NCBI GenBank assembly: GCA_965644295.1
Contig: CBFFRP010000352.1
Coordinates: 1 to 64,000, forward strand
Direction of reading: 5' to 3'
DNA from: Paraphysomonas bandaiensis
Lineage: Eukaryota; Protista; Chrysophyceae
DNA length: 64,000 bases
The notes beneath the pieces are model-generated. The model did not search any database and was not told the DNA's origin. It was given only the letters and a program-made list of their open reading frames with translations. This document shows, in pieces, positions 1 to 14,012 of this stretch. Numbering within the stretch: the stretch's first letter is position 1; each line of letters begins with the position of its first letter. Both the position numbers and the translations under genes were made by a program.

Positions 1-1772
1 GATCTTATTCTAGTATATTCAGTATGTCACTTCAAGACAATGTACGAGAATACAGTGAAATATAGTGATGTACAAATGGTGTGATGATATTGAGAAACTG
101 AAATAGTTTGATCGTTCAAGATATGTTCAGTAACGAGAGGTTCGCATATGTAGGATATTATGCAGGGATTATAATGAGTTAGTGTTGATTATCACAACTT
201 CGTGTAAACGATACTAATAAATCTATCTAGTCTTACGACAAATTCTCTCTGTGATCTAGTGTAAAATGAGCATTTCTCAACAATAATCAATGACTTTTTA
301 CGTGTTGAAGCAATTAATTAAATGCATAGTTCTAATTTAGAATGTAATTACACATGAACTTCAGTGTTATAAAGAGTTCGTTAGAAACGTCTGAGAGTGA
401 CTCACGGTTACTTTTTTCGAAATCCCATGCAGACTATCGATGGTCACATCTACCAGCTCTCCAGGTAGCATACAAGTCCTGTAGAAGTGGTATGACGCAG
501 CCTCGTTTGACAACTCAGCTGTCACCTCACAGTTTGGTTTGATAACCAAGACTATGGCTCGTGATAACTACTATGGCTAAGTACTATCACTGTGTAGGTA
601 TCAAGAAAATGAGACCACAAAGAAGTGATATTATTACAGGTAAACTTTTGTTTCAATCAACTATACTCGAGTGACTGACTCCCGCGAAGAATCAGCACGC
701 AAACACCACCGCTAGTGATGTCAGGTCGCTAGTACCCAAGTAAGGTCAACATAAACAATAATGAGTCACAACAGAAACATAAAGTATGAAGACAACCGCA
801 GAGCTGCACACACACAACGTCATCCATGTCACACTGTGTTACAACCACAACCACTTTCTACCCGTGACCAGTGTATGCAGGGTCTGTGCAATACTTCCGA
901 TGCGGGTGTAAGGGTCTGCATGGCCTGTCTCTGACATACTGGTCGCTGAGGCTGGGTTGCCATGCTAGGAGTCCTATTCAATGCTGAAGAGCTGCAGTCC
1001 GAGTACTGGTTCAGGTATGAGACAAGCTTGAGGCTTTAGTCATAGTGGAACGAGTTCTTTACTTCTGTGTTTTGCTATGAATAATAATAATATGAGTGAT
1101 TATTTTTTGTTGTCTGCTGATGAATGCGTTATTAATAGTTAGTCGCGCTCTGCGCTTCCAAGCACAACATTGTAGTCTTGAAGTATCACTTGTAGTAACG
1201 CACTATAGCCACGTAAGTAGGGCACGCGAGATGCCACGTGGTCACAACATTTGCGGTGCTTTTATGTTATTCTTGCTTAGTAGGTTTTCATCCGAGCGGG
1301 GAAGGTGCACGGTTTCCTACTAGTGTAAGTCACTCGGGAGAAGAGTGCAAGGTAGATGTATGTGCTGGACGAGTACACACAATGGAGGGAAAACATTGGA
1401 GTCAGCTTGAATTTCTAACAGATTTTGGTAGATGTCTGTTTCATGCGTCAGTGTGCAAAATTGCACCAGTGAGACCGCTTCATGACCGTGGGAGGACCCG
1501 GCGCTAGAGCTACTTTACCCTCCCTTCCAGACTACCTGCTGCTGTGAATACCACCTTGAAGAGGGTCCTAAAGATCTGCCGCATATACAGGAGACATATG
1601 CCGAAGACACCGACCGCAATTTTTTTGTGTTAGGACATGGGCATACGACGAGTTTGTCGGTGCATGCAATAGTAACTAGATGAGAGTCATGTTATGCATA
1701 ATGTCGTGCGAGTTGTTAGGTTGGTCGCGGCAACGCACAAGCTTGCGCTTCTTAATAATCTGACATTCAATA

Positions 1773-1904
1773 TTTATGTTGTCTATAGGCAAAGGCCTGC
1801 GTTTCATTTGGGATGTTAAAGCCTATGACACAGAGCACTTTATGTTGTCTATAGGCAAAGGCCTGCGTTTCATTTGGGATGTTAAAGCCTATGACACAGA
1901 GCAT
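1773..1904. repeat. Tandem duplication of a 66-bp unit
   Basis: tttatgttgtctataggcaaaggcctgcgtttcatttgggatgttaaagcctatgacacagagca occurs twice back-to-back (about 1773-1838 and 1839-1904). Confidence 0.9.
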
Positions 1905-2032
1905 TAAGGGGGGCGGTTGTGACTCAGTCGAGCAATAGCCGATTGATGTCACGGTATTTAATATTTATTTATAGGTTCATAATCTTATGGACGATAAGGA
2001 GATCAGGCGTTGGACTGAACATAGGAGGGTGT

Positions 2033-2742
2033 GTCGTCATCCCCGTATAGGACATTGACTGTCGTTGGATTGTGAGCTTGGCTTGGTAGTATACAGCTGT
2101 ATATTGCACTATACAGTGGGTGCATAGTATACAGGATATATACATTGTAGTGAAGACAGCCAGCTACAGTATACAGTAGGGAAACGGTATACCATTATAC
2201 GGTGTATGATGACAATACTATGTAGGATATGTACAGTCCAATATGTACAGTGGATTGGTATAATAGAGTAAGGGCATATATATACCCAAGCAGTGAGCTG
2301 TAGGTGTAGTCTGTGATAGAAGACAGATTAGAATGCTAGTCATTATTATCACAGATAACCTCTGATAAAACAAGTTAATAACACTATCGTTTACTATCAA
2401 CTTGTGGCTTGTTATTGCCTTACAACAACTAGATAATATCATACATATTGGACTGCACATGTAGACTAGTATTCAACTAGCCGCTATATCGGAACGAGTT
2501 TTTAACGCCTATTGCTAAATAAAAAGACATTCAATATATTGGACTGCACATATACTACACTGTATTATTGTCATCATCTACGTTATATACTAGTATACTC
2601 TTGTATACTGCTGTCATGCTGTAGCTTGCTATCCACACCACACTGTATACACATACACTAACTGTATACTACGCAGTATACTATAACATCACGTCAAGCT
2701 TTCACTCCAATGACAGCCAACCTCCTATATGAGGATGACAAC
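2033..2742. mobile_element. Foldback/MITE-like element with long imperfect inverted arms
   Basis: gtcgtcatccccgtatagga at 2033 matches the reverse complement of tcctatatgaggatgacaac ending at 2742. Inverted similarity continues about 200 bp inward (gatgacaatac/tattgtcatc; cagtccaatat/atattggactg). Confidence 0.6.
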
Positions 2743-3213
2743 TTTATATTTATATCATTTCATAAAATATTATATTAATATTGTTAATCTGTCCACTATA
2801 CTCTCCATTGAATGCTTATAGTTTTAAAAACTTAAACAACAACTACTTCTAGTTAGCTATTTTTTCTTGTCTGTGCAATGCAGCTGTCGTATAGCGCATA
2901 GCACCCAATTATATTACTGATCGGTATATCTATGATATATGTTACAGAGAAACGCCTGTAGGTGTACATTATAATTGCCGGGACATTTTTCATTAGTATC
3001 ATTAGCAACATTTGCGTTTCGACTGAGTCATTATAGTATTCTATACTCCTAAAATAGAAACAGCAAACAGCATGCACAAGTATAGTATGAAAAGAAGTGT
3101 TAGTTAATAGTCTAAATATGATATATTGTTTAGTCAACAACACTACAACAGCCAATTTAGTTAACGACCCTGTTAAACCCTGTCAAAAAGCTTATTTCAG
3201 TTTACGTTACTAT

Positions 3214-6200
3214 TTACTTGGTTCTCATTGTTTTTACTCCACGAGATGGCAGTTTGGTGACTGATTTAGTTGATTGCGAAGTCGATGTAGTCTGACTTCC
3301 GTTTGCTTCTTTTAAATATCTCTTGGGCTTTCCAAGCTCGCATTGATTTACTTGACTTGCAAATCTTAATGAACAAAGTGACTCAAAGTATGATTGCTCA
3401 GTTGGGCTCAAGTTTACCATCTAACAAAATATTATTCCTCATAATGATAGAATATTTCAACTTACCATGAGTGCTTTACCATCGCCGGATAAGGATGGCT
3501 GAAGTAAATGCGTAAGCTTCGAATTCCGAAAAGGAATATGCGCTTGCTTATTTGCAATAGCAACAAACACGTCCGTCAGGGAACTAAGAGACTTATTAAT
3601 CGCAAGGGTCTCCTTCATTGTAGAACCTGTGGCTCCTGATCTATCCAAACGTTCTGATCCCGCCAAATCAACCAAGTTAAGAGCACCTTTAAGTACTATT
3701 CCTTCGGAAGGGTTTTTTGCCTTGATATATAGCGTAAATATGGAATGAGATCGAGATGATTGAGCATTCATAGCTGTATGTCCAACACTACGATGTCTTG
3801 CTGCGAACTGCATCACTTGATCAAGCTGTTCGGAATTGTTAGGGTCGATAGTCATCATTGTCACATCGGAGACGTAAGTGTTTCCCGAGGCATCTTTCTT
3901 GATATCATGCTTCACATTAGGGTCGTTGTTCTCTCTCAATAAATCCTTTAATTTGCGTTAAAATTGGCTGAGTGAAAACAAATTGAGCAAACCTTAATCA
4001 CTTCATTGTAGATTTCTACAAATGAAACCTCCATTGTATACTCCCAACCTTTCTCTTCCTGTGCATATTTGTACTTTCCTACTTGTTGTACAGCACGAGG
4101 AATGATGCCTCTCATAGGACCATCACCACTTCCCTGCATTGTGTGAGTTTTACCAGACCCAGTTTGACCATCTGTGGACTAAATGAGTGGGCTAACGAAG
4201 CATCCAATACAACTTACAGCTAAACAGGCAAACATTATAACCGTCTAATGCAGACTGTACAAATTCAGACACTTCTTGGAAGACGTGGTCCTAATATTTA
4301 ACACTATCAGTTAAATGAGTATAGAGCTATAATTTCCAATACCTGGCTTGCCGATTGACCAAACACTTTATCAAACATGAATCCATGCTCCTCCGGCTTT
4401 TCATTTGGTTTCGTTGCCTTCTTACATATACGGAGCCCAGAATTATCATGACGAGTGACAATAGTGGACTCTGGTGGTGCCATGGGGTCAATACCCTCGT
4501 CACTAGGCAGGAAGGGTCTAACCCTGGCAAACACCCTCACGTTTCCTCTCAGCTCTTGTACAAGATTATGGAGCTTTCGCCTTTGCTCATCTCCTGCTGC
4601 AAGTTTCAATTCCAGCTCGCGTATGCGCCCAATAGAAGCACTCTCTTCGCTTGCTTTGTGTTCATTCATTTCTGCAATACGCCGTTTTAAACTCACAACC
4701 TCTCCTTTGACTCTACCAAGCTCTGTAACAGCCTCGTGGTTTGCCTCCGCATGTTCGAGGGCATGTTGACATTGCTTAAGTTCACCCTCTAGCACTTCAA
4801 TTCTCTCCAAATACCCAGCGTTTTTAGATATCTCCTCATCCCTAGTCGAAATACATTTCAACAATTCCACTTGGTGAGCTTCGGCATTAGCAGCCATTTT
4901 TTCTCGTAACTCCTTCATTTGATTAGCACAGTCTGTTTGAGTAGCAAGCAGTTGAGCACACGCAGCGATTCGTTCCGTGCGTTCCGACTCCTCGCGCATT
5001 TCGGCCCGAGTTCTGATTTCTCGTTCCACACCCAACTGAAGCATGGCATCTTTGTTTTGTAGCAACTCTTTGTCTTTTTCAGTCACTAAGGCTTGCGCGG
5101 ATTGTAGTGCTTCCCGTAAATGATTTAACTCCTTAAGAGATGACGAGAGCTCCTCTTTCTTGGACGCAAGGTCCTCCTTATCTTCTACACGCTGTTCTTC
5201 AAGCTTTTGAAGTCGAGGTCTTAGAGCACTATTAAGAAACGCGTAAATTTAAGTACTGATATCCTAGTTATATTCACCTCAATTCATCACTTAATGCGGA
5301 TTTTTCATTAGCATAGTGGCGCTGAAACTCTTGCATTGACACTAGAGTTGTTCTTAAATCTGTATCCTTCTGTACCAGCTGCTGTTTTAACTCTGAAATG
5401 TCTGCAATTAATTTATCAGCCTCATTCTTGTACTGTTGTGAAGCTCCATTTTTGTCTCTTAACTCTAGTTGAAGCTCGGATATGGTTTCTTTATCAAGTA
5501 AAGCTTTTTCTTTTAACGTTTCAATTTCACTGAGTGCCGCCTTGAGTGCTGTACGCTCCTTATCAAGATCTGCTAGGAGAGTAGCATTTTCAGATTTATA
5601 TGTAGAGACAGCCTACAAATACTTTTATGTAATCGATGAATTGTTGATGCTATATATTCCGTACCTTGTCAATATGCCCATCCATTGAACTTGAGAGTTC
5701 AGATTTCTGTTTCTCCAGTTCAGCAAGCCTTTCTCTGCATTCCTGAAGATCTCTTTCGGTCTGCAATTGCTGGGATTTTGTAGCGCTAAGTTCGTCTTTT
5801 ACATCTTGCACTAAGCATTTTTGTGCTTCCAATTCTGTGTTTGAGTTGTGTAACTCTGCCTCAACAGTCTTGAGCTTGGAATGGCACGAGTTGTAATCAT
5901 TGGATAGTCTGATATAGTCCCTCTTCAGCTGACTTTCATTTTTCCTCAGGTCGCTATTCTCACTGCGCTTTTCATCCAACTCGCTTCGGATCGCATATAA
6001 AGTATCATCCATTTCCTTCTCGGCAGTTTCGCATTTTGCTTGCAGTTCTTTGAACTCACTGGATGTTGTCTTTAGAGCACTTCTCAGATCAGAAATAACT
6101 TCAGCTTGGCGTTTTGCTTTGTCTCGATAATCCCACTTGCATTTGACTTTCAACTTTGGAACAATTATTTCATTTATTTGTTCCTCGTTAGATATCGCAG

Positions 6201-6666
6201 CATTTTCGAAAAGCCCCTTAATTCTTCCTGTTGTAGTGCAACGAAGCAACACACTCTTACGAACTTTTCTGTGACTACCAGCACTTCTTAGTGCACTGCT
6301 AGGTGCCTTCGATACAGATGACTGAGAGCGAGGAGGTGACATATTCGGCCTTGTTCTCATTGGAGTTGTTTGTGAACGCTCGATTGTTTTCGACTTTGGA
6401 GCCACTGCTGTTCGCCCTTTTTTCGCCTCTGCCACTGAGGATGTGGCGTTGTATCGGGGCAGCGCGCTTCTTGTCTTCAGCATAGAACTAGACTTCTTGG
6501 TATCTTTCTTATCTACAGTTCGAAGTCTCTTCGCATCCTCCCTTTTGTCTTTCAAGTTAGGAGAGCGGTTCTCGCTGTCATCTCCATCTGAACTCTTGCG
6601 CTTTAAGCTGTCATTCTGTAACAACTGTGCACTGGCATCAGCTGTTCGACTTCGTGTACTTCTCAT
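3214..6666 (-). CDS. Kinesin-14 family C-terminal motor protein (KIFC1/Ncd/Kar3-like), multi-exon
   Basis: Basic N-terminal tail, long coiled coil, neck [24 protein letters not shown]-loop GQTGSGKT (about 4150-4170), switch I SSRSHSIF, switch [19 protein letters not shown]. Short GT-AG introns join the ORF pieces. Confidence 0.95.
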
Positions 6667-7095
6667 TCTGAATGATTTGGTGGTTATTCTTTACGATATA
6701 TATATTGGAAGCACTTTGTGCCTCTTAATATTTGCTGTTGTGTGCTGTGGGTGTCTGTCTGTCTATCTCTATATGCACACAGCATCAAGCGGTTGAGATC
6801 ATATACAGCACTATCAAGAAACCAACGGCCACTTTACTCCTTTACGTGCTGGTGATGATGATGTCATATTCTATGTCACTGCTGATGATGGTGTATATCA
6901 TCAACCCAATCTAAATATACGGTATAATACAGTCGGTATAAAGATGTCCACATACAGCAGGCGTACATCGTGGTACTGTATACGGTATATCTATCTCCAT
7001 ATCTATATATATGTACGTGTATATATATACCACCACAGCACTTATAAATCCAGCTTCCTCGTCGCACATGTGACAGTATCAAACAGCATCAAGTA

Positions 7096-8691
7096 ATGAG
7101 TCTTACTGATTCAAACAATGCGTTTGTTTCGCATGAAGAATCAAACGGTACGGTGCTTCGTCGAACTCTCGGATATCGCGACGCTCTATGCGTAACTATT
7201 AGTATTATGATTGGCTCTGGTATCTTTTCAAGTCCTGGTATTGCACTCGAGAGATGTGGATCCCCTGGGGTTGTTTTATTTATTTGGTCTGCTGCTTGCC
7301 TACTTGTCATCTGTGGTGCTCTCTGTTATGCAGAACTGGGTACTATGTTCCCAACAGCAGGAGGTGACTATGAATATATATCAAGAGCATATGGTAAAGG
7401 GGCTGCTTTTTCGTTCGCATGGTATTACTTTTGGATATGCAAACCAGGGGCTCAGGCAATTATTGCCACTGTGTTTGGAGAATACTTTATGATAGTAATT
7501 GTTGGACGCGACTTTACTGATCTGTCCGAATCTTATTCATGGGCCAAAATTGTTGCCGTTATATTAATTGTGACCTTAACCTGCATTAACTGTATTGGGA
7601 TCAAAGAAACGTCTGCGTTGAATAATGTATTAACATTCTCTAAAGTGGTGCTCATTATTGTCGTATTTATATGTGGTGTGGTTTATGCAATACGTGACTC
7701 ATCAGTTCTAGAGTTCAACTTGTCGCCGTCTGAATCATTCAAAGGTATGAAGCCTCAAGGCTTGGGTACCGCCCTTACTGCGTGTCTGTGGGCATTTGAT
7801 GGGTGGGCAGACCTGGTTTTTCTTCAGGAGGAACTTAGAAATCCCACTGACCTTCCAAAAGTTATCGTCAGTGGTATACTGATTGTGTCTGTGTGCTATG
7901 TTATGGCCAATATAGCTTATTTCTGTGTGCTTACGAAAGATGAAATAGTGGCATCAAGCACTATAGGATTAGATTTTGGATATGTTGTTCAGGGTGCAGC
8001 GGTCGCGGGTATTTTTGCCCTCGGTGTCTCAATCTCCACTATGGGCTCTGCAAACTCCTCTATTTTAACAGGTTATATTACCTTCATATATGCTTCACTG
8101 TCATCAGCACTTTACACACAGGTGGAAGGGCATTTTTTTCAGTTTCTCGGGCTGGGCAAGCACCTCGTTTTCTGTCGAAGCTAAATAAAGCAGGTAAGGT
8201 TGATATGCTCAACCGAAGGAACTCATTATTGATTCCTGGTTCTCCTAGGATCTCCTTATTGTGCCCTGATAGCACAGGCAATTTGGACAATTGTGTTGCT
8301 GCTTTTACCAGGGTCAAGCTTCTCTTCGTTATTGAATTATTTTGGTCCAGCTAGTTGGCTTTTTTATGCAACCACTTCGAGCGCCACCATCGCGCTCAGA
8401 AAACAACTTCCGAATGTTGATAGGCCTTTTAGAGTTCCAATGTATCCCATCCCTCCGGTTTTAGTTATTTTGACTTCCTTCTATATTATCGCGAATAGTA
8501 TTGAAGAAGATCCACTATTTTGTACACTTGCATTATGTTTTGTATCCTTATCTGTGCCCGTGTGGTGGCTTGTATCATCTTATGGTCACCTGTTGAAACC
8601 GAAGTCACAGCTTGTTAATAGCGCGATGCCCTATATACAGTACAGTGTCATTCATGTACAACTGGATTTCGCTGTAGAAAATGAGACATAG
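7096..8691 (+). CDS. APC superfamily LAT-type (SLC7-like) amino acid permease
   Basis: IGSGIFSSP TM1 motif, GALCYAELGT, GGDYEY, WAFDGW, RPFRVP and about 12 hydrophobic segments. Two short introns near 8072-8120 and 8196-8248. Confidence 0.93.
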
Positions 8692-9226
8692 ATTTATCTT
8701 TAAGAATGTACATAATATGAGTATATGCATTCCAGAAGATCTGTGTTGCGATAGTTAGCGCCGAATATAAAAGTACAATATGCAGGGCTTAGTGGAATTA
8801 AGGTTTATAGATAGCTGTCATATTCAGTGGCAGATTCATTTTGTATCAACTAAATACAATAATTAAAGACTTCACAAAAAGAATAAAGCCTAATAGTATT
8901 GCGTAACAATTAATTGAATTGCAATTAATAGCATGGAATATACTGTCGAGTTTTGCTGTTTGAGCAATTAAAAGCAGTAATTCTAAGGAATTGGAGTTAT
9001 GATGGTTAGTCGAAGTATACAGTAGTGGTTAGCAGTAATATGAGAACTAACAACATGATGACTACTGTAGTAATAAAACTGAATATAATATATTGATCAT
9101 ACAAGAACATCGCGCCAAAGGTGTACTGCTTAAAAGCATTGCGGCAAATAAAGCTTGTAAGAGGAATGTAGCCTGGGTCCAATCACCAATCACACCCTGA
9201 ATGACGTACCACTCTAATGAATCTGA

Positions 9227-10345
9227 ATGAACATATATGAAGACAAAGTCATTTATATTGCAGACGCAATTGCCGGAGAGGACTGGCTTGAAGTTGACCG
9301 ACTACTGGAACGACAAAATTACACTGTCTGTAACATACATCGAAGTGGACCAAAAGCCATTTTGAACGAATACTCACGGCGGGTTATGACACTGGCACCT
9401 ATCCGGGGAACGACGGCCGCATCACACAAGCCCCCTACTCACTGACTTCCAATCCCTCCGCAATCAACGGATGCTGGAGACCTACACTGCACTTCGAAAT
9501 CAACGCTACGGTCACAATCCCGACCGGGCGCCTGGATATTGGACAGACAGTGGGGCACTACTTCCGCGCAAACTGGCACAAGCAATTGGTGGTCTATCAA
9601 AGGGTAAAGATAGTCCACACCTACGCCAGAGAGTGCTCAATGCAGCATTGACAGTGGACAAATCTTTCAGCATAGCACACAAGGTCTTGACCTGCTGGCC
9701 AAAGCCGCATGTTCTGAATACTGTGGCTTTCGACTAGACTCACTCAAACACATGTGTCTAGACTGCACAAATGACACCATCACTCAGATACGGGAGACTG
9801 CCTTTCACAGCCACAAAAACGAGCTTTAAGAGGTACTGAGAGATCAGGATCTACGCCACTGGACCACCAATGCGCTACAGCGGCTCTCCAGCAGGGCCTG
9901 GAGACCATCCTTCCCGCAGGTGGAGAGATTCTGGACAGGCACCATCACCACTGCACAACTCGAGATGGTTTTTGGAGATCACATCCATGAATCCCTGATA
10001 CCTCAAGGTCTGCGCAACCTTGAAGAAGCGGTTATCAGTCTGCTTCTCCCGCTTTTTGCTGCAGCAAAGCTCATGATGCAAGATCGAAGGCGACGCTATT
10101 ATATATTACCCTACACAAAGGACCCCCTAGGCTACTCCCGCGACCGCGTCAAAAACGTAGACAGCCATGGAAACGCCCCAGGGTGCTACGATTACTGGGA
10201 GTCCGCAGACTATCCGAGACTGGACCACCGCCCACCGTACACACGAACCCCACCACTCATACACACAGGAACATATCACTGTCCCGCAAGAAACCTTCAG
10301 GCCCTCGACAACGACGCCGTCTCCGGCAACTCCACCTATGCCTAA
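9227..10345 (+). mobile_element. Degenerate retroelement (non-LTR-like C-terminal region) remnant
   Basis: Collinear broken ORFs separated by stops and frameshifts, with an RNase H-like IADAIAG segment, a CxxC-like CLDC and a C-rich + strand. No intact RT motif is seen. Confidence 0.45.
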
Positions 10346-12800
10346 GGCCCAAATGGTACACTGAGACAACGCCACATTCCACCTCTCCACCCACCTCTCA
10401 GCACACACATCTAGTACTCGGTACGCTTAGGACCTTAATACAGAACCCTGTACCTCAGAGCCTGGTAGAACCTCATCCCAAGGGGAGACCTCCTTCTGAT
10501 AACACGCGCCACTGAGTCTTAGGGCACACGATCATGGCGAAACTCACAATCAACATTAAGAACGGAAGTGATCGCACCTTGTGCAAACAGCTCCGCACTC
10601 TGACAAATAGAGGAAAAGGCATGTGCCCTTGTGCGGAAATGACACTTGGTGGGGTTCCATATTTATCATAATGGTCCAAAGATTTATGGAGATAGTAGGA
10701 GATCTGGGCAAGTGCTATTTTGGCGATGAGGTCAGCGAATTAATCCCAAATGCAGTGATACATGCTAAATTAGAGTGCTTGACAGCGGAGTTAAGAGAAT
10801 TCGAACATGCGATCCCTAGTACAAGTAGAGCCACCACCTTGGTGCGGATGCAGACAAAATTATGAAGCAGCCCTTCAAAAGTGCTTTATGAAAGTCCAAA
10901 GCAGATTGGAGGACGCTCTTACTTGATCTGAAACCCTCAACAAAGTCGAATTCGCACCTTTTCGTGGTGTTCTGGGGTGTAAGTACCGGAGATACTATTC
11001 TTCCCACTCATAGCCAAATAAATGCTTGTGTGGTAGTGTTTTTGGGCCCTGACGAATAGGCATCCTGGAATGGGCCTACCTCAAAGGCATCCCGGGTATT
11101 GGGCTGCCTGCTGAAGTCAAGCATTCGGAAATGGGCCCACCTGAAAGGGCATTCACTTTAGTTAAAAAAATAATAATTGAAGACTTCACATATATAAAGC
11201 CTATTAGTACAATAGTACCATAATTAATTGAGTGGAACAATTAATTGAATTGCATGGAATGTACATAATAAATGCTCACTGGAAGACTCAAAAATCCTAC
11301 AGTTAACATTTGTCATATATATCAATATTCTGCTTGCTCACTGCGTACTGCTTTTGCTCTGAGTGATGGAGCGAATGTGGTTGCACCTTGGTGCTTGCGG
11401 TGACGCACAAGCAGCTTTCGTAGCACTAAATAAAATCAATTTAGTAGTTTTTGTTTACATGTCCACTGCTAATAATAATGCACGGAATATATCGGTGGAG
11501 CTGATTCATCTCATGAGATTTAAACTGAAATGCAGTCTTATACGCAATCAGGCAGAACTTGTGCATTAAGGTAGCTTATTTTTGTTCTGTCGTACAGTCA
11601 CGGCACCAAGTATAACCCAACTACCAAAGGGTAAATGACAATCGTACATACAGAAATAATGTTTACATACCGCACAAGTTATATGTCACATAAAAAAACG
11701 GTAAATTTCTCTACATCTATCATATACTAATACAAAAACGTAATTGCAATTGTTCCAAGTTCTACGACGGCAAGTAACTTAAGTTCCTACGGGTGCAATA
11801 GTGATACACTCAGATGTCAATGTATTATATAGCTTCATCTGGGTTTAACTCGATTCTTTTTGCTATTTTTGTTCTCCAATACGTTGCCAATTCACTCCTC
11901 CTATTTTCTCTTATCCCACTGGAAGCTGGGGAATCTACATGTTAGAAAAAATTCATACTCACAAGGGTATACATATAACCAGTTTTACCTGTTGTCGCCC
12001 ACATCACATAAGCAAGGCGAGATGTTGCGAGGTCGCGAAGCATCTCAAGCATCCCACTTACGATCAATGGTTTCTGAAATCAATTTCAAAAGAATTTGAA
12101 GAAACAGTTTACGAAATTTTACCTGCTGTGAGAGCATCAGAGGTCCTAACGCATGAAGAATAACCAACAGTCGTTTCTCATTGTATGTACTATGTATTAA
12201 TTGAATCACACTCAACAAATGTAACATGCTATGTACTTCGAAGAGCTTGATATTAGCGCAGTTTACGTTGCTGTCCTCAATCCCACCATTTTTATAGTGG
12301 TGGAAAAGATGTGAACCTAAGATTATATCACACTTGACCATTACGAGTATATTACTATTAACCTCTCGAAATGCTTACGACAACTGAGTTCGCGTCCCCA
12401 GCACAGAACTGCAGAGCCAATTGCTCTACAACCTACGTCACAATAAGTCCACTGATATCAATGTAACGGATATTACCTCCGGAATATGTACTCGCGGTAA
12501 ACAGAGTTCATACATGGTACCTGCATGGAGCTCCTGATAGACAGTGAGGAGAACCAACATCATCAACACATCTATCCATATACCAGTGGGGCTGATTGTG
12601 CCCAAGTGAACAGAAACGGAGGACACTGCCGTCTCTTGTATACTTCATACATAGAGTCATGAGGTCCGAAATCTGCCATAGGTTAGGATTGGGGGGAATT
12701 GTTCATGGACTGATTGGTGTCTGATGTACCGTCCATACGGTATAATAAGCTAATCCGTAATACTATCATCTCCTGTACAATCAAGAACATGAAAATATTC

Positions 12801-12949
12801 ACACATACATACAAACATACATACATACACACATACATACATACATACATACATACATACATACATACATACATACATACATACATACATACATACATAC
12901 ATACATACATACATACATACATACATACATACCTACATACATACATACA

Positions 12950-12980
<31 letters not shown>

Positions 12981-13085
12981 TTACATTCATACATACATAC
13001 ATACATACATACATACATACATACATACATACATACATACATACATACATACATACATACATACATACATACATACATACATACA

Positions 13086-13147
<62 letters not shown>

Positions 13148-13342
13148 CATACATACATACATACATACATACATACATACATACATACATACATACATAC
13201 ATACATACATACATACATACATACATACATACATACATACATACATACATACATACATACATACATACATACATACATACATACATACATACATACATAC
13301 ATACATACATACATACATACATACATACATACATACATACAT
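12801..13342. repeat. (TACA)n microsatellite, about 540 bp
   Basis: Near-perfect ACAT tetranucleotide array that produces spurious YIHT/MYVC ORFs. Confidence 0.99.
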
Positions 13343-14012
13343 AATCAAATCCTCATATACGAACTTCTAGTTAACGAATTTTCACTCTCAGTATTTCGCT
13401 TTAAGCATCATGACATTGTAAGTTGGAACTGAATTATGTGCTGGAACTCCAGAGGTTATTGATGAATTGGAGAGGAACAATAAAACCGAGATGATCCTGT
13501 GGAGTATGGAGATGAAGGACATGTTGAATTTGGAGGCTAATCTTTCCATGTTAATTGATTAAGGGGCAGCCAGTGGATTTTATTTCGCTGGTCGCAAGTA
13601 CGAAAAGAAATATATAAAAGAAGGAGAATTAACAGGCAGGTTGTACAAGCTACATTTGAGCAATGAATGTTCGTTTATATGAACCAACGCAAAGCAAAGA
13701 GGGAATGACCATTCCGCAAACTCGATCCTTCGCCATGTAAAGTGCGGTATTATTGAGCAATTTAATGATACTGTCACTTCATCTCGTGCATACTACTGAT
13801 ATGAAACAGACTGCTACTCTACAAAACTGACTCTTATCACACGACATAGAGCACTGTTGTTGCTTGTACGTCAGTGCTTAATGTATTACACTTTAGTCAC
13901 GTAGTACTGGACTATACTTTTCATACTTCTGGTGTTTCCATCGCACCCCTGCGTGCAAGTTTCTCTCCCTGCAGTTTCGCACCACCCTGTATCTTTTATA
14001 TATAATAATTAC

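Noticed and set aside
900-1700. Possible piggyBac-like transposase C-terminal remnant (QLEFLTDFGRCLF, Cys-containing tail)
   Set aside because: Too fragmented; no DDD core, TIR or TTAA boundary could be established.
11860-12700. Short ORFs flanking the first microsatellite (also 13500-13800)
   Set aside because: No recognisable motifs, frequent stops and no consistent splice model; probably TE debris.
12683-13370. Long MYVC/YIHT ORFs (also 53838-54680 and about 20850-21190)
   Set aside because: Translations of (TACA)n microsatellites that lack stop codons; not genes.
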